Source: Eledone cirrhosa (taxonomy: Eukaryota). From it: 64,000 nucleotides of DNA. The notes below the pieces were generated by a model. That model had not been told where the DNA came from and ran no database searches. It saw nothing but the letters and a program-made list of their open reading frames with translations. Shown here piece by piece: positions 39,473-52,129 of this stretch; the stretch's first letter is position 1; every line of letters begins with the position of its first letter. Where the stretch lies: contig OZ024740.1 in NCBI GenBank assembly GCA_964016885.1, forward strand, positions 180,420,001 through 180,484,000, in the 5' to 3' direction. Position numbers and translations under genes: made by a program.

Positions 39473-39550
39473 CCGGTTTAGTCGCCGACGACCCGGCCAT
39501 GTGAGAGGTTCTACTGGGTTACATGGTACTAGTACAACACGAGAGTGGCC
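39473..39550 (-). ncRNA. Candidate degenerate HDV-like ribozyme at the RTE 5' end
   Basis: GGCCAC...CCAGT..ACC-TCTCACAT-GGCC-GG-GTCGTCGGCGAC-TAA-ACCGG. P1 GGCCA/TGGCC, P2 CCAGT/ACCGG (one mismatch), P4 GTCG/CGAC, CTAA linker. Confidence 0.45.
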
Positions 39551-40140
39551 TGACTCTCACATTTATTTATGGTGGTCAGATAATATTGTTTCGATTGGTG
39601 TTTTCCTATAAGGAATGTTATGGTATATGTGATAGATGGAGGGAAGGATCAAAATGAAGGGGTGGTGTTGGGGAACGATGGTTGGTGTGAGTTGCGGGGT
39701 GTGTGGGTTTTTTATTGGCTGCTTCATAGATATTGAGGCGTGTACGTGGTGAGGCGACAGTGATGGATGTGGCTGTGTAGTGGGTTATGGATTATGCGTA
39801 ATGGGAGATGCAAGAGTACGGTGCGGTACAAGAGGGTGGGGGATGGGTCTGCTGGTGAACGGTTTGTCGAAGAGGAATAAAATAAAAGAAACGGAAAAAT
39901 GAAGAAGAAGATAAGGAAAATAGGTAAACCTAGGTTAGTGGTGAGGCTTTGGTGTAAACAATCTAAATCCTTCAAGGGATATTTGTAATATAAAGAATTA
40001 AGTGTTGTGGCTAATGTCTAAAATGAATAGAAGTATACATGTGCTCACGCACACATACATATTTATACATATATACAAACATACATATACAAACACATAC
40101 ACAAGCACACACACATGCATATAAATATAATATATATATG

Positions 40141-40179
<39 letters not shown>

Positions 40180-40227
40180 ATGAATGTATACATGACATAA
40201 TTGCCAGAATAGCTATATAGGTTAGAT

Positions 40228-40925
40228 TATACATGCACATACACTCACACAGAGTATACGTAGCTATAGATACACACCCACATGTCTGTATGTCTCCATA
40301 TGCACACACTCAGATATATTCCTACTGATAGACCCACACGTTCATTCAATTATATCAGTCTGCATGTGTGTAATCCTATATATACTCACACAAACTGAGT
40401 TATATATGTATGTAATACCAGTGCATCTACATATATATCATATAGGAATATATGTGGATAAAAAAAAATTATATGAGGAGTGTGAAAATGTGATAGTGAT
40501 GAGAAATATATGTAATGGTAGTAATAACATTGGTGATACTAATGAGAGTAATGAAACTAATTTATACTATAAAGGTTCTCAACGGGGGGCATATGCCCCC
40601 CCCCCCCCTCCACGGGGGCGTTTCGTAGCTCCAGGGGGGCGTTATGCAGTAAGAGGACTTTAGGGGGCGTTATGTAGTAAGAGGGCGTTTGAAACTTTGA
40701 GGGCGGTAGAAGCCCCTTTAGATTGGTAAGTTTTATAAGTCATATTTGTACAGTCTCTTAGATACTCAGTGATTTGAATGAAGAAAACAAAGAAAATAAA
40801 TTAAAGAAGCTTGTCAAGGAATTCCCTAGGGACATAAAAGAAAATCAAAAGAAAATCAAAGACAATGAAAGTAAGGACTACTTCAACAGAAATGACAAGA
40901 AGAAGCAATGGTGGTGAACATACAG

Positions 40926-40960
<35 letters not shown>

Positions 40961-41215
40961 TATACACATACATACACACACACATATACACATACATACA
41001 CACACACACATATATACAGACACAGGCCGGCGTTAGTGTTTGATGAAGTTGAGAACCCGATTAGCTTTCAGCCAGTACTGTGCTATTTAATCTCCCTAGG
41101 TAATAAAATCTGGTGACAAAAATGTTTTCCTTACCAAAAAAAGAAGACATAGATCATATCAACATCCTTATATATACATACGTAAATGTATGTATATATG
41201 TATGTATGTATGTAG

Positions 41216-41260
<45 letters not shown>

Positions 41261-41638
41261 GATAAATGTACCAAAATGTACGGTAGTGTCCAATCTGTAT
41301 GAAGAACTCAATGTAATCCAAATATCATGAACAGAGAAGATGTATTCAAAATGTTTTCGATGAAAAACACAGGAAGACAGAGTCAACTTCTCATAATTTT
41401 TTTTTAGCCACATATATTCCTATATGATATATATGTAGATGCACTGGTAGTACATACATATATAACTCAGTTTGTGTGAGTATATATAGGATTACACACC
41501 TGCAGACTGATATAATTGAATGAACGTGTGGGTCTATCAGTAGGAATATATCTGAGTGTGTGCATATGGAGACATACAGACTTGTGGGTGTGTATCTATA
41601 GCTACGTATACTCTGTGTGAGTGTATGTGCATGTATAA
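40228..41638. repeat. ~250 bp inverted repeat (40228-40478 / 41389-41638)
   Basis: CACTCACACAGAGTATACGTAGCTATAGATACACACCCACA...AGGAATATATGTGG is present in both orientations. Probably another inverted PLE end. Confidence 0.75.
40569..40740 (+). mobile_element. hAT (Charlie-like) terminal fragment
   Basis: GGTTCTCAAC-GGGGGGCATATGCCCCCC terminus with repeated GGGGGCGTT subterminal motifs. Confidence 0.45.
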
Positions 41639-41752
41639 GGAACTGTTTCTTTGTTTTTATTCATTGTTTTATTAATTTATATATATATATATATATATAT
41701 ATATGCGTATAATATATATAGTACACACACACACACACACACACACATACAA

Positions 41753-41830
<78 letters not shown>

Positions 41831-41833
<3 letters not shown>

Positions 41834-42080
41834 GTGTGACAAGACGCTTGTTTCCCAACGACATATTTCCGGGTTCAGTCCCACTGCCCGAGCCGACAAA
41901 AGCCCTGTGAGTGGATTTGATAGATGGAAACTAAAAGAAGCCCGACGTATATATGTATATATGTCTGTGTATGTCTTTGCGTTTGCGTTTGCCCTCCCAC
42001 CAATGCTTGTTAGTTTGTTGACGGTCCTATAACTTACAAAGGTGATTCTCCAGCATGGGCTTAGTCCAGAGACAAAAAAA
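41831..42080 (+). mobile_element. Decayed tRNA-derived SINE with internal (TA)/(TG) tract
   Basis: B-box-like GGGTTCAGTCCC, body GATTTG.TAGATGGAAACT.AAAGAAGCCCG.CGTATATA, 3' CTCCAGCATGG. Resembles a repeat I recall from octopus sequence. Confidence 0.55.
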
Positions 42081-42091
42081 AGTAAAATATA

Positions 42092-42154
<63 letters not shown>

Positions 42155-42157
<3 letters not shown>

Positions 42158-42558
42158 GGGTCTCAAACTCAAGGACACAAAAAGGCTATTACGTCCTGGA
42201 GGAGAGGCACAGGGGGCCAAACGTGGTGGAGGGTGAACATTTTCAAAGTTATAATCATTTCTACTATAGGAACAAGGCATGACATTTGGGATTTAATGTT
42301 CAGTCGATTGCCTCGATCCTAGTACTCAACTGGTACTTAATTCATCGACCCCAAAAGGAAGTAAGCCAAAGTTGAGATCGGCGGAATTTGAACTCAGAAC
42401 GTAAAAACGGAAGAAGTACGGTTAAGCATTTCGCCAGATGTGCTAACGATTCCACCAGCTCGCCGTCTTATTTTCACCAGTTATAATGCAATATGAAATA
42501 TTGGTTCTACCACGGGCCACAGATAAGTATTTTGCGGGCCGCATGTGTGAGCCTCCTC
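42155..42558. mobile_element. hAT-type MITE carrying an inserted SINE (~42255-42468, -)
   Basis: Left end AGGGGTCTCAAACTC; right end GCGGGCCGCATGTGTGAGCCTCCT. The internal SINE has a B box (GAGTTCAAATTC) and the GGGGTCGAT...AAGTACCAG domain. Confidence 0.55.
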
Positions 42559-42673
42559 TTGGAGATAAATAGATAGATAGATAGACAGATAGATAGATAG
42601 ATAGACGTGTACCAAACACACACACATTTCTTACTCTCTCTGTCCCTCCCTCTTTCTCTCTTCATGTACACAC

Positions 42674-42723
<50 letters not shown>

Positions 42724-43399
42724 TTGTGTGTGTGTCTGGAGCGCTGTTATTTGGCGTTGTTGAAAAGAGCAGTGGACTTTGACCTGGCAATAAAAAAACT
42801 GTAGACAAAATTCTTTCTGTACCAAAACCAAGGCACACACACACACACACAAGTTTGTGTGTGTTTATGTATATGTGTATGTGTGTGTGTGTGTGTCTGT
42901 GTGTGTGTGTGTCTGGGTGTGTGTGTGTGTGTGTACGCGTCTATGTGTGTTTGTGTGTGTCTGTGTATCTATCCATGTATATATATATAAGGGATACAAA
43001 TACTACTTTCTCACTGTCTCCAAGCTTCTTAATTCATTCGTTGCTAAGTATTTTATTTTGCTACGAGGTATTTTATTTTACAAGGTACTATTTTCCCCCT
43101 GAGTTTGTGATTTCAGAGAAAGGTAAGAAATTCTTCATATTTTACATCTTTTGTATTTTGACATTACAGTTTGAATTGTAGAATTGTTTATCCAATCAAA
43201 ATATTATAACAGCTAACAGTGAAATATAGAATTTAAAAAAAAGATTATTCGACTGAAATCAAGTCTTTGAGAACATTCACGTCTATTTTTCAAAAATATA
43301 TAATTTGAAATAGTTAGCTTTTGTTTTGGACTGAAACTCTTTTTGTATTTAATTCGTACGGGTATTTTTTAAAGATTGTTTAAAGATTCTAACATAACT

Positions 43400-43870
43400 T
43401 GATATGGCCCATTACGTGCACTGCGGCATTCATATTTCTCAACTTATTATAACTAAGTCCATACAACAAGCTTCACATATCAAAGCTGTTCTAGATTACG
43501 GGAATGAATTGCGGAAACTATATAGTACATCAGGGAAATTTAAGCAAGCGTATTTATCACAACATGATGAAGAAAATTAAGTATCGTCACCACGCTCCTT
43601 AACATTTGTGTGCCCTACTCGATGGCTAACACGACTTTCTGCAGTCAAAGCCCTTCTTGGCAATTATTCAGATGTCCCTATTTCTTTACAAGAGGCAACA
43701 AATGAGTTTGGCACCGACATTGCATCCAGAGCCAATGTTATTCTTACATGTGACTCTCCGGGCCAATGTGTTTTGTATTGCACATGTAGTTCCATTACTT
43801 CAATTCCTTGAAGGATTGAAGAAATCTTTTCAAAGTTCCACCTTCAATCTAGGTAGCATGTTGCTTCTTT
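43400..43870 (+). pseudogene. hAT transposase remnant (ZMYM1/Tip100-like)
   Basis: YVHC..H-like segment near 43412 and CPTRWLTRLSAVKALLGNY. Confidence 0.65.
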
Positions 43871-43929
43871 TAACTGTTCGACTCTATCATTGAGTTTCTT
43901 CGAGGACGCAACACAGAACTGTATAAAAA

Positions 43930-44601
43930 AAACCTCGATGTGAGGCAAGACTGCGCCTACCTCGATTACATCTTCGACAAATGCAATAGCCTCATTATGG
44001 ATTTGCAGGAGGAGAAGACCACCTTGTTTAAAGCAAGGAATGCTGTGAAAATATTCCTGGCCAAATTGAAAGTCATCGAAAGGAATCTTTGTCGACGGGA
44101 ATTCTATAATTTTCCTAGTGTCGCCAATGTTCAAAACATTGTCAGCGATGACCAACTCCAAATTTATACCGTGCACTACAAGACAACATGAGAGAACGGT
44201 TTGTCGACCTTTTGCAGATGGACATCCCAATGTAGATAGCAGATCCCTTCATAGCTAACGTCGACAATTTCGACGTTAAATTTCAGGAATAATTAATTGA
44301 ACTTATGACAGATGGCATTATCAACATTAAATTTTCCAAAATAGGTGAACCCCATTTTTGGATGCAAGAGGAAATTCAGCGTCGATTTCCACTCCTACAT
44401 GTAGTGGCTAAGAGATTTGCTTTGCCTTTTCCTAGCTCATACTTAGTCGAGAGGGAGTTTGGCGTTGTTTCCAGACTGCATAGTAAGGCTCGCAACCGCT
44501 ACAATGTGATTGAACGTGGATATCTCCGGCTACACCTCACGAAAATCCAGCCTGACGTCAAAGAGTTAGCTAAACTCCATGAAGCTCAAGAGTCACATTG
44601 A
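43930..44601 (+). pseudogene. hAT Charlie/Buster-type transposase C-terminal remnant
   Basis: AYLDYIFDKCNSLIMDLQ...FPSV and FW...FPLL...LPFPSSYLVEREF...RNR...LRLHLTKIQPD (hAT dimerisation domain). Confidence 0.8.
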
Positions 44602-44624
44602 TACGAAGTCAAAGTAAGTCGATG

Positions 44625-45552
44625 TTTTACTGTGGGCTTCGTTGTTGTGGTTGGCAGTACTTTGGCATGTGTTAGAATGTTTTTCATTGACTTAGATTGT
44701 CTTTTGCTCTTTATGATATCGTGTGTTCGTAGGATTTGGTTCATTCTATGGTCCATTTTTAAGACAGGGATGTTCTGGAGGATGGTGTCAAAGGCATCAT
44801 TGTTGAGGGGGTTGTGTGTGGAGATGTATGGAAGAGCTTTTAGTTTCGGTCGATTTACTTTAGGGTGTCTAAGGTCCTGGGTACTGAGTTTAGGGCACGT
44901 TGGATTCCATTGTCAATTAATGATGCAGGGTAGTCCCAGCCTATGAGTGTGTCCTTTAGTTCTTGTAGCCGTAAGTAACAGGTGTTTTTATTGGAGACTA
45001 TAGTACAGATTCTCTTGGCTACCTTGTAGGGAATATTAATTTTAACGTGTCTAGGGTGGCAAGAGTTGAAAGGAAGATATTGCTTGGAGTCTGTGGGCTT
45101 GTAGTATATGTCTGTTTCTATTTTTTTGTTATGAATCTTAATGAGGATGTCGAGGAAGGGGAGTTGTTGATGGCTGTATTCCATCGTGAAGTTAATATTC
45201 GAGTTGAGCCCATTCATAAGGGTGTGAAATTCGTTAAGTTTCTCGATGTTTTCGTGCCAAAGGATGAAGCAGTCATCTAGATATCGCTTCCAGTTCCTTT
45301 CTATGTGTAAGTGGAGAGTGTTTCCAATTTGTTTAGTACTTTAATGTAGAGAGTGATTTCCAGGTATCCCATGACTAGGTTGGCATAAGTGGGGGTTGTT
45401 TAATAATAATTTTGAGATATAGCGTCCGTGATGTTTGCTCTGATCTGATTAGTTTGGGTAATTCTGAAAAATATATTTTAACATGTTAATATATTCCCCA
45501 CACACTTACAGACACATTCCTACTGACCATCCCTCTAACACGAATTACTCTT

Positions 45553-45650
<98 letters not shown>

Positions 45651-46154
45651 TTTTAATAAGCATTTGAACTGTCAACAGGCTGCGGTCGCACACACATCCT
45701 GCTGACCATTATCACAACAACGAACCTCTTTACTACTACTACACACATACACACATATTTGTTTTGAAATACTTATTTCTCAGTGACTTCTCATTCACAT
45801 GACCTCTAGTGACCAATCAAAATTGTTTTGACCACAAGAATTTTTGCAACACGAATTGGCGCAAAACTTATTTTAATACCGCTGGAGCCACTTTTTTAAC
45901 ATAAAAAAAGGTAGAATTCCCAAAACTAATCAGATCAGAGGAAACATCACGGACGCTCTATCTCAAAATTATTTTTGAAAAGCATTAGAAATGCGCAACC
46001 GGTAAAACTTAAAACCAAAACTAAATACTAACCAATTCTATTACTGATTCTCACTTATCCCTAATTAAACTATTTTTCACTGTGAACAATTTGTCAGCAT
46101 TTTCTTTTCCGTTTACCAATATATCATAACTTGTGTGTTACACCTCTATTCTTT

Positions 46155-46160
<6 letters not shown>
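44625..46160. mobile_element. PLE with inverted RT fragment (44625-45398, -) and pseudo-LTR (45405-46160, +)
   Basis: PTYANLVMGYLE, WKRYLDDCFILW, FTME...LPFLDILI, DIYYKPTD, SCHP. The pseudo-LTR is homologous to 2754-3510 and ends in (TA)n. Confidence 0.88.
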
Positions 46161-46237
<77 letters not shown>

Positions 46238-46245
46238 ATATATAT

Positions 46246-47116
46246 ACAATTAAGTTAAAAATTACATCTACATATGCATACTGAAATACTAGTGTGTATA
46301 TGAATACACACACGTATACATATGTATATGTAACAAGTCTTTCACTGGTTGCTTTACTGTGAGCACCCAGCTATTCTGTATGTAAACACACAGACAAACC
46401 GGTTTTTAGAGTCATACTGGTTTTTGAGGGAACACCTTCCCTCTATTCTCCAGAAAGCCAGACAAGGAATATTGAACTAGTTTCGTTGTTAAAGACTTGT
46501 TACATATACATATGTATACGTGTGTGTATTCATATACACACTAGTATTTCAGTATGCATATGTAGATGTAATTTTTAACTTAATTGTTTAAGCGTCAGTC
46601 ATACAAAAGTGAGTTACAAACGAAACGAAATTTAATTTCGTTTCGTCATTTGTTTTTATCGTCTCCGCTGAACCGATGCGTACTCACACTCTATGCAAAT
46701 TAGTCTGCCCACTACTAATTTTCATAGAAAAAGCATATAACGATATGTGCTTTTACAATTCTCCAGAAAGGCCGGTAGATAGGTAAATATTGCTGATGAG
46801 TTGTAACAACAACGAAACTAGTTCAATATTCCTTGTCTGGCTTTGTGGAGAATAGGGGGAAGGTGTTCCCTCAAAAACCAGTATGACTCTAAAAACCGGT
46901 TTGTCTGTGTGTTTACATACAGAATAGCTGGGTGCTCACAGTAAAGCAACCAGTGAAAGACTTGTTACATATACATATGTATACGTGTGTGTATTCATAT
47001 ACACACTAGTATTTCAGTATGCATATGTAGATGTAATTTTTAACTTAATTGTTTAAGCGTCAGTCATACAAAAGTGAGTTACGAACGAAACGAAATTTAA
47101 TTTCGTTTCGTCATTT

Positions 47117-47120
<4 letters not shown>
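46246..47120 (+). mobile_element. Retrozyme-like non-coding element: 465-nt unit with 165-nt terminal redundancy and a 245-nt 5' inversion
   Basis: 46491-46655 repeats at 46956-47120. 46246-46490 is the reverse complement of 46808-47052. Contains an intact HHR; flanked by (TA)n; no ORF. Confidence 0.8.
46786..46830 (+). ncRNA. Type I hammerhead ribozyme, intact core
   Basis: AATATTG-CTGATGA-GTTGT(AACA)ACAAC-GAAA-CTAG-TT-CAATATT. 7-bp stem I, 5-bp stem II, palindromic stem III ACTAGT. Predicted cut after 46823 (GUU). Confidence 0.85.
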
Positions 47121-47162
<42 letters not shown>

Positions 47163-47166
<4 letters not shown>

Positions 47167-47365
47167 TTAATATAGATGAGATTCTACAGGACTAGAACTG
47201 TTTCATTTTTTAGAAATCATAAGGAATCTCAGGGATTCCAGGTGATTTCCAAAGAAAGAAACAGTTCTAGTCCTGTAGAATCTCATCTATATTAAAACTT
47301 TTATACTCTGCTATGTATTAAGTACCTTCTTACAGTGGTTACCTCCGATTCAACACGGAATAACG
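47163..47365 (+). mobile_element. Palindromic mini-element, family A, with two back-to-back decayed HHRs (others at 49237-49423, 58721-58906, 59151-59258)
   Basis: Arms end GAAACAG-TTCTAGTC-CTGTA-GAATCTC. Cores CAGGTGA (+) and CTTATGA (-) are preceded by G(G/A)GATTC, which pairs with GAATCTC. Confidence 0.75.
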
Positions 47366-47389
47366 TATATATATATATATATATATCAA

Positions 47390-49085
47390 CATTATCATCG
47401 CTCTCATACCACTGTTATATGTGTATATATAAGTATATTTATATATATATATATATATATATATTTCGTTTCTGAATTTGTTTAGCAAGATTATTTATCT
47501 GAAAACGTGTGTTGAAATTGATATTGTTATGCTTTGGGAGGGTTATGTTGCCAATAAGAAACACACGCACCAGTTGCTTTCACTCCAACTGATTATAAAT
47601 TAAACGTATAAAATTTAAGAATTTATAAATTTCCGGTTGGTTGGTTTGTTCCATAACCGGATGGTTGTTCATATATTGTCAAAGTTCTTTCATCACACAT
47701 TATGTGACCTCTTCAGTGACTGGGGAATTGTTTCTTTGTTTTGTGCCTCTCCTTTGTTCTGTCCTACGCCATCTTGTTTTTGTGTGCGTTGTGTGCTTAG
47801 TTTGCGCATGTATTATATCCGGGTGTCTGTGTGTATTTTTATTTGTTTATTTCTTTCTTTATTTACTTGTTACTGGTTGGTTGTTTTTTCTATGTGTGTG
47901 TGCGTTTTCATTTTGTCCTTAATTGTAAGTTGTGATGTTGCTATTTCATTCATGTATTCTATTTAATTTTGGTTGGAGTTCATTTATGTTTATTGCCTCT
48001 GTGATTTGTCTAAACATTGCGTCTTTTCTGTGTGTAGATTCTATTTTTATTTCTATCTCCCCTAATTTGCCCTTATGTTCTATTTTAGCATGTTGGTGGA
48101 GTATTGATGATTCTTTTTTATCTTGAAGTTCTCGCCAGTGTTCATTTAACCGTTCTCCTATACTACGAGCTGTCTCACCTATGTACACTATATGCTTATC
48201 TTTACATTGTCCTTCAGTTTATATTATGCTATATTCTACATTTCTAGTTTTACAGTTAATATGGGGCCTTTACAGATTATGCATTTCTTATCTATACAGA
48301 GAGGTCTTTGCAAATGGTATGTATTGCTAATAAGTGTTTTTATGGAGGTACCTGGTCTTTCTACTATCTTAATATTAAGTTTATGTTTATCTAGGGCCCT
48401 TCTAAATTTGTAAGCTAATTCACATCTAGGGGTTGTATTGATGAACATTACACTCTGGTATTTATTGCTATCATACCATGAGTTTATTCTATTAACCTTA
48501 TTCCTAATTCTTTCTATTCTATTCCGAAATGTGTTCCTATACAAGGGGCAAGTCCCATTGTATCATTATTAACAATTTTTTCTCATATGGTTCTGGCTCC
48601 TCTATATACATTGATTTTATCCCTCTGATTGTAACCAGAAAACTGCATACGGTGGATGAAGTGTTGTATCTGTCTGTCCAGTTATTTGGGGTTGCAATTG
48701 CGGTACACGTTTCTCATCAGCCGTACCAAATCCGCAATCAGTATGTTGATTTTAGTGTGAGTTTCGGTGGATCAGATATTCGGAAGTCATGGGTTTTGCA
48801 TAATGGGAATGGAGGTTTTGTTTTTTGTTATTAATGATTTCTAACCAGAGCTCTGTGTCTAGTACAGGTTATCGATGGTTGGGGTGTTTGCTTGGGTAGT
48901 CTATAGTAACTCTAATAATCTGGTGGATGAACTTAGCTATTTACTGGATGCTTTCCATGTTGTTTTTCTCTTATTCCTGACTGATCTCTAGTGGGGGTGT
49001 TTGTACTACGATGTTTATATCATCAACGTATAGGAAGTACATTATCAGGGTTAAGAGGTTGCTATCTTCTAATTGTTCTTTAAGT
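47390..49085 (-). mobile_element. Decayed 5'-truncated PLE (RT fragments, GIY-YIG at 47946-48188, 3' non-coding end)
   Basis: YVDDINIV near 49020, VLDTELW, and YIGETARSIGERLNEH...RQITEAININELQPKLN. (TA)n borders. Confidence 0.85.
47678..47720 (-). ncRNA. Type I minimal hammerhead in the PLE 3' region
   Basis: GTCA-CTGAAGA-GGTCACAT(AAT)GTGTGAT-GAAA-GAAC-TT-TGAC. Stem I GTCA/TGAC, 7-bp stem II. Confidence 0.7.
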
Positions 49086-49095
49086 TTAAGTTTAA

Positions 49096-49423
<328 letters not shown>

Positions 49424-49544
49424 ATATATTTACATATATATATAGAATTTTTCAGAAGAATTCGAATTTAGTCCAGAAATAGCCGTTGAAACGGCTTGAG
49501 CTCTGCCGTCGGGGTCTTGAACAGTTTCATATATGTATGTATAA

Positions 49545-49822
<278 letters not shown>

Positions 49823-49839
49823 TTACCACATTTCCTTCG

Positions 49840-49903
<64 letters not shown>

Positions 49904-50476
49904 GCATTTCTATAAATATACATATTCTATTTTCATCGATCTAACTCATTGATATTCTCTCGTGAGACAACGGCTATGTTATTGCCTTTGTTATATTCCA
50001 CAATATTGAAATTTGCAGAAAATATGGAACACCCTCCACTACCACCACTAATAAAAATAAAATTAATAATAATAATAATAACAACATCAACAACAACAAC
50101 AACAATAACAACAACAACAACAACAACAATAATAATAATATTAATATTAATGCAATTCTAAGTCTAGACGGAGAACTATAGAAATGTAAAATAATCAATT
50201 GAATGATATTTGTTTACATTGAGCAATCAGGATTTTGTACTAAGTCTTGAAGAGAGCAAATTAACAGGTTGTGTGAACATATTAACAATACGCCATTGGT
50301 TCGGAGTTTTTATTTTTGCATTCGCATTTAGCTACCGCTGCTGCCATTAACATATCACCGTCATGTTTATCATCATCATCATCATCGTCATTATCATCAT
50401 CATGAGCACAGCTGCAGCAACAACATCAATTTCATTAGCATAACCATCATCATTACTAGATTCTTCATCATCATTC

Positions 50477-50533
<57 letters not shown>

Positions 50534-50629
50534 ACAGCAGCAGCTGCAGCAACAACATCAATTTCATTAACATAACCATTATCATTACCAGCTTCATCAT
50601 CAATATCATTATCATCATCATCATCATCA

Positions 50630-50842
50630 ATGGTTTCTTATATCGGCACAAGTCCATCAATTTTGCGGAGGGAGAAGTCGATTAAATCGACCCCAGTGCC
50701 TGACTGGTACTATATTTTATCGACCCCGTAAGGGTGAAAAGCAAAGTTAACCTCGACGGGATTTGAACTCTGATCATAAAGGACCACAACTCTATGCTGC
50801 AAATCATGGCATCCGACCCTCTACTTCCAATACACCGCACCG
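50630..50842 (-). mobile_element. tRNA-derived SINE with a Meta-like central domain and (ATG)n tail
   Basis: B box GAGTTCAAATCC and domain CTTTTCACCCTTACGGGGTCGATAAAATATAGTACCAG. (CAT)n tract at 50368-50630. Confidence 0.7.
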
Positions 50843-51225
50843 TATCAGAATAATTGTTTCTACTTTTGGCACAAGGCCAGCAATTATCCCAGTGCATTAC
50901 TGAACATTAATTTCACATGCACAATTACAAAGAATAACATCAGCACCATCATCACCAAAATCACCATCATCGTTATCCCGACTCTCATTTGTAACATGAT
51001 TGTTGTCTTCATCACTATCATGATTCACCTCTTGGACATTGTTGGTCTTATAATGGGTATTAGCTGTTTTATTGTCATCATTTAAGTATTTATCCAACCA
51101 TAATAAAATACTATTCATGCGGGAAATACAACCTGTCCGTCTGAGGCGATGTTTGATGATGATGATCTCTCTGCTTTTGGGATGGGTCCGGTTCAAGGAC
51201 TACAAGGTTGCTGACATGGGTATCC

Positions 51226-51309
<84 letters not shown>

Positions 51310-51764
51310 TGTGTGTCTGTGTGTCTGTGTATATATGTGTGTGTGTAGGGGGGATCATAAGTGCGATTGTGAATATTTATGTATGCCTTTGTCCGTATAT
51401 ACAAATATATATATAGGATTATAATAAATATATAGATATACAAAACAGTAAAGTATTGAAAAGGAACTCTGTGATTATATACATTTTACTCTGTCAAATA
51501 TACCAGAATCTCTTTTTTATGTATTACTCCTATCATATAGAAAACAGTGAAGAATCTGAATGGGTTTTATCTCCAAATTGTTGCCTTCAATAGATACATG
51601 ATACAACCCATGTTTTCCAAGGAGGAGCGTTCACTAATAGTATATAGGCAATGTGAATGTTGTTGTTGATAATGTTGTTGTTTGTGTTGTTGTTGTTGTT
51701 GTTGTTGTTCTTCTTCTTCTTCTTCTTCTTCTTCTTCTTCTTCTTCTTCTTCTTCTTCTTCTTC

Positions 51765-51893
51765 TTTTGTTACATCCTCTGTTTTTTTTACACGCAGAAA
51801 TGCCCATTTGTACCGTACTGTATTGTCCTGTACTGTCCTTAATGTCTACTTTGTGTAAACCCTTGTGGTTAATAAAGAAAGCATTATTATTAT
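51765..51893 (+). mobile_element. ~125 bp 3'-end fragment of the Tx1 family
   Basis: Matches the reverse complement of 27620-27745 (ACGCAGAAATGCCCATTTGTACCGT...GTGGTTAATAAAGAAA). Ends in (TTA)n; preceded by (TTG)n(TTC)n. Confidence 0.9.
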
Positions 51894-51897
51894 AATG

Positions 51898-52088
51898 ATA
51901 ATTGTTTCTACTTTAGGCACAAGGCCAGTAATTACCCAGTACATTACTAGTACTTTATTTTATCGACCCCGTAAGGATGAAAGGCAAAGTTAACATCGGC
52001 GGGATTTGTACTCAAACCGTAAAGGGACGTAACTATGCTAGAAAGCATGACTTCCAACCCTCTACCGATACTTCCAATTCACCGCCCT
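51898..52088 (-). mobile_element. tRNA-derived SINE (Meta-like domain) with TAA tail
   Basis: GCCTTTCATCCTTACGGGGTCGATAAAATAAAGTAC domain. Relatives at 57236-57335 and 63231-63460. Confidence 0.75.
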
Positions 52089-52129
52089 ATTATTATAATG
52101 ATAATACGAATAGTTTAGGTTATAGTAAT

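Larger units (their letters stand above)
35733..39550 (-). mobile_element. Near full-length decayed RTE-clade LINE, interrupted in its 5' region by a (TA)n-flanked palindrome (39061-39336)
   Basis: APE (GTLNVQTL, CLQEHR), [44 protein letters not shown]. Many frameshifts; short ATG-type tail near 35733. The 5' extension beyond 39336 is inferred. Confidence 0.85.

Noticed and set aside
50400-50660. Poly-Met/His/Gln ORF
   Set aside because: (CAT)n SINE tail expansion with a local duplication.
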